Positions 57,687-64,000 of a stretch of 64,000 bases of DNA are shown here, in pieces; position 1 is the stretch's first letter, and each line of letters begins with the position of its first letter. Source of the DNA: Candidatus Latescibacterota bacterium (lineage in GTDB: Bacteria > Latescibacterota > UBA2968 > GCA-2709665); contig OZ242180.1 in NCBI GenBank assembly GCA_965205485.1, positions 2,944,001 to 3,008,000 of the forward strand. Direction: 5' to 3'. Below the pieces are notes generated by a model. The model had not been told where the DNA came from. It did no database searches and saw nothing but the letters and a program-made list of their open reading frames with translations. Made by a program: the position numbers and the translations under genes.

Positions 57687-58532
57687 TCAGCGCGTAAAGA
57701 ACGGGTTGTTCGCCAGTTCCTCACCGATGGACGTGATGGGTCCGTGCCCGGGAAAAACGCGGGTTTTCTCATCCCGGGACAGGGCTTTCTCCGTCACGGC
57801 CCTGATCTGACCGGCATAGGCCGGACCCGTCGCGCCGCCCATGGACCCCGCGAAGAGCGCGTCGCCCGAGAAAAATACCTCGTCGGTACCATAACCGATT
57901 CCGCCGGCCGTATGCCCCGGGAGGCTTACCGCATCGATGGCGACTCGTCCCACGTTCGTCCGCCAGCCGTCGTCCACCGGATCGGTCACGAGCTCCTTCA
58001 GGTTTCCGAGAAGCCCGAAGTCCCGTTCGCAACAGCAGACTCTGGCGCCGGTTTTTGCCACGACTTCAGCAAGCGCGCCAACGTGGTCGCCGTGACCGTG
58101 TGTAAGCAGCACGTGGGTCAACTCCAGGCCCATACCATCCGCCAGCGCAAGAATCCGTTCCGCCTGCCCGCCCGCGTCCACAATCGCGCCTTCCCCGGTT
58201 GCCTTGCACTTCAACGCATAGGCGTTCACTTCCATGCCGGCGTCCAGAATCGTTCGCTCGACGGAAAGTCGCGCGTCGTCGTGAGGCGCATTTCCGTGCT
58301 CCGGCACCCATCCTCTCGCAATCCCGACCAGCTTTTTCCCGTCCAGTTGCAGCGCGCCGGCCAGGGCGAGAATTCCGTCCTCGCAGGGCGTGAATTCGTA
58401 GGCTTCAATGCGTCCGATTTCTCCTGCGCTCAACCCCGTCGCATCTGCGAGCGATGATTCGGCCAGGCCCAGTCCGCGCCTGGCCTTTCCGACGATATCT
58501 CCGAAAAAGTCCTCGAGTGTTTCGTACGCCAC
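57687..58532 (-). CDS. MBL-fold metallo-hydrolase with N-terminal HTH-like domain
   Basis: THGHGDH, PGHT, SGD.LF, PGHG; N-terminal KARRGLGL...LA...GLS...I.RIE. Confidence 0.85.
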   Translation of the reverse strand: MAYETLEDFFGDIVGKARRGLGLAESSLADATGLSAGEIGRIEAYEFTPCEDGILALAGALQLDGKKLVGIARGWVPEHGNAPHDDARLSVERTILDAGMEVNAYALKCKATGEGAIVDAGGQAERILALADGMGLELTHVLLTHGHGDHVGALAEVVAKTGARVCCCERDFGLLGNLKELVTDPVDDGWRTNVGRVAIDAVSLPGHTAGGIGYGTDEVFFSGDALFAGSMGGATGPAYAGQIRAVTEKALSRDEKTRVFPGHGPITSIGEELANNPFFTR

Positions 58533-58583
58533 GTGTCCTCCCTCGTTCACAGGTCGTCCGCAATTGGCGGAGTCGTTCTTAGC

Positions 58584-58626
58584 GACAATCCAATATATAT
58601 ATGATATATATGTGCGAGATTGTCAA
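58584..58626. promoter_or_regulatory. AT-rich palindromic operator-like site overlapping TTGACA
   Basis: GACAATC..ATATATAT-ATG-ATATATAT..GATTGTC upstream of HTH-MBL gene. Confidence 0.5.
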
Positions 58627-58757
58627 TTGTTTTTGATTTCACGCCGACGACGAACGCCGTGACGTTCGTATATCTCCGTCATTTGTCGTTGCAATACGGG
58701 TCGCCGGTATATAAATTCCACGCGATTCGGATCAGGCCCGGAAATTTACCGGGAGCG

Positions 58758-58860
58758 TAGCAGTCTGTTGAGAAAGTCGCTCTGCAGGCCAGGCCAAGCA
58801 ACGCAGTATGTCGTTCCCAAGGGCCGGCCGTAGCCCGGAAGGGCCTTTTCAGCGGGCTGA
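58758..58860. mobile_element. MITE-like family B copy, internally deleted (reverse orientation)
   Basis: TAGCAGTCTGTTGAGAAAGTCGCTCTGCAGG ... CCTTTTCAGCGGGCTG. Confidence 0.8.
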
Positions 58861-58894
58861 CAGGTGAGGTCGCACGACGTTGCGAAATAACAAA

Positions 58895-59602
58895 GTGACT
58901 CCCAACCCGAAAAAAGCCGCAGGTGAACGGGCCGCCGAACTGGTGGACGACGGGATGATCGTCGGTCTGGGGACCGGTTCGACCGCTTTCTACGCAATCC
59001 AAAGGCTGGGCGAGCGTGTGCGCGAGGGTCTTCCGATTCGCGGGGTTCCCACGTCGGAGCAGTCCCGGATCCAGGCGGAACGCGAGGGTATACCGCTTGT
59101 CGATTTCGCGGAAACCACACGTATAGACCTGACGATTGACGGTGCGGACGAGATCGACCCCGCCTTCAACCTGATCAAGGGCGGCGGCGGCGCTCTGTTT
59201 CGCGAAAAACTCGTGGCCACGGCCAGCCTAAGGGAAATCATCGTTGCCGACGAATCCAAACTCAAGGACCGCCTCGGGGCATTCCCGCTGCCGGTGGAAG
59301 TGGTCCCCTTCGGCTGGCAGTTCGTTCGACTGAAACTCGAGGCTCTCGGGTGTCGTGCAACTCTGCGCGTCCGTGAAAACCGGACTTTCGTCACGGACAA
59401 CGGCAACCACGTTCTGGACTGCGCCTTCGGCGCCATCGATGACCCCGAGGATCTCGAACGACGTATTGCTTCGACCTGCGGCGTCGTTGAGTCCGGCCTC
59501 TTCGTCGGCCTGGCTCACCAGATCGTGATCGGCAAGCCCGCCGGCACCATCGAAGAGCGATACAGACCGCAATGCGGGGTAGACGTAAGACGTAAGACGT
59601 GA
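58895..59602 (+). CDS. rpiA: Ribose-5-phosphate isomerase A
   Basis: GLGTGST, DGADEID, IKGGGGAL.REK, PVEV, GVVESGLF. Confidence 0.96.
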   Translation: MTPNPKKAAGERAAELVDDGMIVGLGTGSTAFYAIQRLGERVREGLPIRGVPTSEQSRIQAEREGIPLVDFAETTRIDLTIDGADEIDPAFNLIKGGGGALFREKLVATASLREIIVADESKLKDRLGAFPLPVEVVPFGWQFVRLKLEALGCRATLRVRENRTFVTDNGNHVLDCAFGAIDDPEDLERRIASTCGVVESGLFVGLAHQIVIGKPAGTIEERYRPQCGVDVRRKT

Positions 59603-59982
59603 GAGTTTGCCGGCCTTGCAAGTTTTCTTCTCAGGCCGGAGGCAAGCTGGAGAAACCTATAGGGCAAGGACTTCATCTACCGTCTAACTTCGGGAAGAGG
59701 GTAGAGGTGAGACGGTAGAGGAAAATCCTTGCCACATGATGCGGCGCCAAGTCAAAAAGGATTGAGCCCGAACACGATGGTCGAACTCAGCCACATTACG
59801 TTACTGCCAGGATAGACAGAAAGTATTTCAAATAGACCGGTGCCGATTGCGTAGAAATCGTCGTTACGGATAACAAACCGAGCGGGCACCCACATCATCT
59901 CCCGTCTCCCGTCTTGCCTCTCCCCGCTTCAAGGAACACAGCAACACGCCAGACGGAAAACTGTTTATAACAAGGGTATTCA

Positions 59983-60885
59983 ATGAGCATCTTCATCGAT
60001 AACGACACTCGAGTGGTCGTTCAGGGGATTACCGGCAACGAAGGATCCTTCCACACGCGTCAGATGCTGGACTACGGCACCCGGATCGTAGCGGGCGTCA
60101 CGCCGGGCAGGGCCGGACACCGCGTCGAAGGAGTACCGGTCTTCAATACCGTCTCCGACGCGGTCGACGCCACGGGCGCGGACACTTCGATCCTCTTCGT
60201 CCCGGCGGCGTTCTCCGCGGACGCGATCATCGAAGCCGCGGATGCCGGAATACGCCTGGTCGTGTGTATCAGCGAAGGAATCCCGGTACTGGACATGGTA
60301 AAGGTCAAACACTATCTTGGCTCGCGCTCCACCCGGCTCGTCGGCCCCAACTGTCCCGGGATCATCTCTCCCGGCAAATGCAAGATAGGAATCATGCCGG
60401 CCGATATTCACAGAGGCGGCAACGTGGGTGTCATTTCCCGCAGCGGGACGTTGACGTACGAGGCGGTCGCCCAACTGACGGCCCTGGGCCTGGGCCAGTC
60501 CACGTGCGTGGGCATTGGGGGAGACCCGGTCATCGGCACCAGCTTTACAGACTGTCTCGATGCCTTCGGACGGGACTCCCACACCGAATGCGTCGTGATG
60601 ATCGGCGAGATCGGCGGCTCGGCCGAAGAACAGGCGGCGGACTACGTGAGAACTTCCTTTACGAAGCCCGTGGTCGGCTTCATCGCCGGCCAGACCGCGC
60701 CCCCTGGCAGGCGCATGGGTCACGCCGGCGCGATTATTTCGGGTGGCAAGGGCACCGCCGAAGAAAAGGTGGCGGCCCTGAGCGCGTCGGGCATTCGGGT
60801 CTGCAGCAGCCCCGCGGACATCGGCGAAACAGTGCTCGTAGCGCTCGGCGGTGATCCCGGGCGGAGCACCGCCGGTACGGCCTGA
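59983..60885 (+). CDS. sucD: Succinyl-CoA ligase alpha subunit
   Basis: [33 protein letters not shown]. Confidence 0.97.
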   Translation: MSIFIDNDTRVVVQGITGNEGSFHTRQMLDYGTRIVAGVTPGRAGHRVEGVPVFNTVSDAVDATGADTSILFVPAAFSADAIIEAADAGIRLVVCISEGIPVLDMVKVKHYLGSRSTRLVGPNCPGIISPGKCKIGIMPADIHRGGNVGVISRSGTLTYEAVAQLTALGLGQSTCVGIGGDPVIGTSFTDCLDAFGRDSHTECVVMIGEIGGSAEEQAADYVRTSFTKPVVGFIAGQTAPPGRRMGHAGAIISGGKGTAEEKVAALSASGIRVCSSPADIGETVLVALGGDPGRSTAGTA

Positions 60886-60985
60886 CTTCCACGACGGATT
60901 CCGGACGTTTCGCTATCCTGCGACCTTGGCAATTGTGGGGGCCCGCCTGTCGCGAATTCGGATGAAAATACGCTAAACAAAAGTA

Positions 60986-61014
60986 TTGACATTTGAGAAA
61001 TCCTTATATATCTT
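60986..61014 (+). promoter_or_regulatory. Sigma70-type promoter
   Basis: TTGACA-17 nt-TATCTT. Confidence 0.7.
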
Positions 61015-61318
61015 CTGTGGAATACCCTGCGGTTGTGCGTTTAATCACGAACCTGTGCGATACACCGGTGGGCTTATGTTAAATTGCTACCGCGTAGTCG
61101 CTTATCATGTACACGACAGGAATGAAGCAGGAGGGCGTTAACGGGGCGCTTCCGGTTACCGGACAGTATTGCCTTTTTTTTATGTTCGAGAGGGGGTGAG
61201 GAATCAAGCAGACTGCGGGGAGTTTTGCAGATTTTAATGCCGGGTTCTTTTTTGGAGCAGTTTGCAGGTGTAAGGTAGTGTGGAGGGGACAAGTCATCTT
61301 CCTAATAAGGAGGTGTTT

Positions 61319-62017
61319 ATGAAGGTGTTCAGGGTTGTCGGCCTGTTGATTCTCGTATTCTCGGTATCGGCATGGCCCGCAGTTGCCCAGGAAGGGAGTT
61401 GGGGGGTCGGCGTGTTTGCGAACTACAACGTGCCGGTCTTCGGTCTGGGCGAGTGGTACGACAACGATTCCAAGTTCGGGCTGAACGCGGCCTACGTGCC
61501 GGCGGAAAACGTTACCGTGGAGCTCGAGTTTCACAGCGGAAACTTCACCGACGGGAGCCTGCTGACCCGGACGTTCATTTGGACCGATGGCGAGGCCCAT
61601 ACCAGCCCGAATGCGTCCAGTAATATGAGCCTGAACAGTCTGCTGGTAAACGCCCTCGTCAGGCTGCGGCAGATCGGACAGCCGTTCACTGCCAGTAGTT
61701 TCGCCCCGTACGTCGCGGTGGGGGGCGGCTTCTACCGGTACAGGAACGAAGTCAGCGGGTTGCTGTGGCCAGGGCAGACTGGAAGCCTCGTCCTCGAACT
61801 GGAGCCGTTCACCGACGAGCGATACGCGCTTGGCGTCAACGCGGGACTGGGTGTCGAGGCATTCGTAATCGACAATGTGGCCGTGGACTTGCGTGCGCGT
61901 TACAACATGATGATAGGGGACCTTCGGGGCCTGGAAGACTGGCAGCTTTCCGAAACCTTCCCCTTGCAGATGCTGGACTTCGGAGCCGGGGTTAAATTCT
62001 ACTTCAGCGGGAAATAG
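61319..62017 (+). CDS. Outer-membrane beta-barrel protein (OmpA-like barrel)
   Basis: RBS TAAGGAGGT, signal peptide AVA-Q, PYVAVGGG, GVNAGLG.E, GVKFYF. Confidence 0.85.
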   Translation: MKVFRVVGLLILVFSVSAWPAVAQEGSWGVGVFANYNVPVFGLGEWYDNDSKFGLNAAYVPAENVTVELEFHSGNFTDGSLLTRTFIWTDGEAHTSPNASSNMSLNSLLVNALVRLRQIGQPFTASSFAPYVAVGGGFYRYRNEVSGLLWPGQTGSLVLELEPFTDERYALGVNAGLGVEAFVIDNVAVDLRARYNMMIGDLRGLEDWQLSETFPLQMLDFGAGVKFYFSGK

Positions 62018-62047
62018 CCGCGGAATCTTTTCGGAGGAGGTTTTAAG

Positions 62048-64000
62048 ATGAACAGATGGAAGCTGTTTGTGGTGTTGCCGGTCGCGCTCTTCGTGCTTGT
62101 GGGTTTCACCACGGACGCGTTCGCGGGCCAGACCGGTAAATTGACCGGACGCGTCATGGATGCGGCGTCCGGTGAGCCGCTTCCCGGCGTGAATGTCGTT
62201 ATCGAAGGCACGCGCAGGGGCGCACAGTCTGATGCTGACGGGTACTATCTTGTCATCTCCGTCGACCCGGGCAACATTACGCTGGTGGCGTCGATGGTCG
62301 GCTACAACGCCGTCACGAAGACCGACGTGCGAATCCAGGCCGACTTTACCACGACCGTCGATTTCCAGTTGAAGGAGACGGCGCTCGAAGCCGAGGAGCT
62401 CGTGGTTGTGGCGGAACGGCCGCCGGTGGAGCCCGACAAGACGACGAGTCACTACGTGATGGGCGCCGAGCAACTGGAGGCGCTGCCCATGGCCCGGTCG
62501 GTCACCGACCTGGTGACGTTGAATCCGGGCGTGCAGCTCACCAATGCCAACGTCATCCGCGGTGGGGACTCGAAAGACGGCATCCTGATGGTGGACGGCG
62601 TGGTTCTGCCGAACAACGACGGCTACGGCCGGCAGTTCACGGGACCCTCCAAAACGGCCGTTCAGGAAATCACCGTGATTTCCGGCGGCGCGAGCGCGGA
62701 ATACGGAAACCTGGAATCAGGCGCGGTCTCGATCATCACGAAAGACGGCGGTCGCGACTTCCGCGGCTGGGGCGATTTACGCTACACGCCTCCGAGCCAG
62801 AAGCACTGGGGTTCCAACCTCTATGAGAGCGCGTATCACCGCGACAGGCTCAAGTGGGACGACAGTGAGTGGCGTGCGGAAACCGTAATCCTGAGCGACG
62901 GTGAAGACGGCGTTCCGGGCACGCCCGACGACGAGGTGGGTCTGGCGCACAGGGCCGTGGAATATACTGACATCAAGGGATACTATATCGAGGGCGGCAT
63001 CTCCGGCCCGATGGGCGACCAGGCCAGTTTCTTCGCGAGCGCCCGGTGGACCAGGCAGCCCACCGACGTTTTGAACACCTCCGTCCGCAATGCCACGTTC
63101 GATCCGAGCCTCGGCGCAACCAGCCTGATCAGCGTGATGTCGGGCGGTTTTCCCACACTCGAGACGCCGCTGGATTTCCGCGGCAACGCCAAGTTGACGT
63201 TCCGGCCGGGGGCCGACGCGAAAGTGAGCATCGGGCAGATCTATTCCACGGCGGAATATTACAACAGGGGAACGAACACCCAACGCGACAGGGCGTCCAA
63301 CGGTCAGAATATCTTTCTGCCGGAGGGGTCCGGGGCCGGCGGACGGAAAGTGACTGATCGGGTCACCTATGCGTCGCTGACCCACACCGTATCCCCGAAG
63401 ACGTTCTACGAAGCCAGGGTGTCGTTCTACACGACGCTGGAAGATACGCAGGAAACCAACTGGCCGAGGGACAGCTTCGGTTTCCCCACAACGGTATTCG
63501 GCGAGAAGGACCTCGACGGCTGGTTCAATGTGAGACCCGCCAATGTCGCGAATTACACCATCGCCGACCGGAGCCGGCTGAATCTGAAGCTGGACGTATC
63601 TTCTCAGGTAACCAAGGGACACTTCGTCAAGGGCGGGATGGATCTCACGCGGTTCAGCATTTATTACCTGAACTACAATTCGCCGAACCCGAGCCAGAGG
63701 ATCGTGGACTTCATCACGCACTCCGGCAATCTGCCCGACGTGAAAGCTCCCATCAACCCCATCCAGATCGGGTTCTATCTGCAGGACAAGATGGAGTTCG
63801 AGGGGATGGTGATGAACGCGGGCATCCGGTTCGACGCGCTTTACACCAACCATCGGTTCTACAACGTATCGCAGCTTCAGACGCCGCAGAACCGCTGGCT
63901 GATCAAGCACGTGGATATGGTCACGGTCGACCCGCAGTGGGCGACACAGTTCAGCCCGCGCTTCGGGATCTCGCATCCCATCACGCAGCGGTCGGCCTTC
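62048..64000 (+). CDS. TonB-dependent receptor with CarboxypepD_reg domain (3' end outside window)
   Basis: Translated by hand: MNRWKLF..AFAGQTGKLTGRVMDAASGEPLPGVNV..., IRGG, GGASAEYGN..SGAVSIITK, FYLQDKMEF, SPRFGISHP; RBS GGAGG; missing from ORF track because it has no stop. Confidence 0.92.
   Translation, partial: MNRWKLFVVLPVALFVLVGFTTDAFAGQTGKLTGRVMDAASGEPLPGVNVVIEGTRRGAQSDADGYYLVISVDPGNITLVASMVGYNAVTKTDVRIQADFTTTVDFQLKETALEAEELVVVAERPPVEPDKTTSHYVMGAEQLEALPMARSVTDLVTLNPGVQLTNANVIRGGDSKDGILMVDGVVLPNNDGYGRQFTGPSKTAVQEITVISGGASAEYGNLESGAVSIITKDGGRDFRGWGDLRYTPPSQKHWGSNLYESAYHRDRLKWDDSEWRAETVILSDGEDGVPGTPDDEVGLAHRAVEYTDIKGYYIEGGISGPMGDQASFFASARWTRQPTDVLNTSVRNATFDPSLGATSLISVMSGGFPTLETPLDFRGNAKLTFRPGADAKVSIGQIYSTAEYYNRGTNTQRDRASNGQNIFLPEGSGAGGRKVTDRVTYASLTHTVSPKTFYEARVSFYTTLEDTQETNWPRDSFGFPTTVFGEKDLDGWFNVRPANVANYTIADRSRLNLKLDVSSQVTKGHFVKGGMDLTRFSIYYLNYNSPNPSQRIVDFITHSGNLPDVKAPINPIQIGFYLQDKMEFEGMVMNAGIRFDALYTNHRFYNVSQLQTPQNRWLIKHVDMVTVDPQWATQFSPRFGISHPITQRSAF

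Noticed and set aside
58591..58612. ModE box (TATATA-N-TATATA)
   Set aside because: Spacing is 5 nt, flanking CG bases are absent, and it is far from modA
61020..61318. Cobalamin riboswitch ahead of TonB receptor
   Set aside because: No AGGGAA / CCCGCAACTGT / GCCACTG core elements visible
61079..63976. Minus-strand ORFs 61079..62473 and 62777..63976
   Set aside because: Antisense to the OMP and TonB receptor genes, which have clear motifs and RBS

Overview
GC-rich bacterial chromosomal segment with about 50 CDS. I saw no rRNA, tRNA, CRISPR array, transposase or prophage. Gene content (PorV/PorQ-family barrel, CarboxypepD_reg TonB receptor, protease with C-terminal paired DxDxDG dockerin-like tail, several PhyH and Gfo/Idh/MocA genes) suggests an FCB-group organism such as Ca. 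Latescibacterota; this is inference. Housekeeping genes: prs, truC, yicC-gmk-rpoZ-coaBC-UDG-dnaB (continuing into kptA, a diadenylate cyclase and DUF1854), era, rpiA, sucD. Most notable points: (1) a 1598-aa membrane protein that fuses a nicastrin-like, metal-ligand-degenerate M28 ectodomain to a MacB/FtsX permease, paired with an OPT-like transporter, with no ATPase and behind a structured leader; (2) three non-autonomous MITE-like repeat families, one of which supplies gene stop codons and carries a nested element; (3) single-G frameshifts in dnaB and truC that look like homopolymer sequencing errors; (4) an L,D-transpeptidase plus a catalytically dead paralogue beside a holin-like gene. All product calls come from motif recognition, not database searches.
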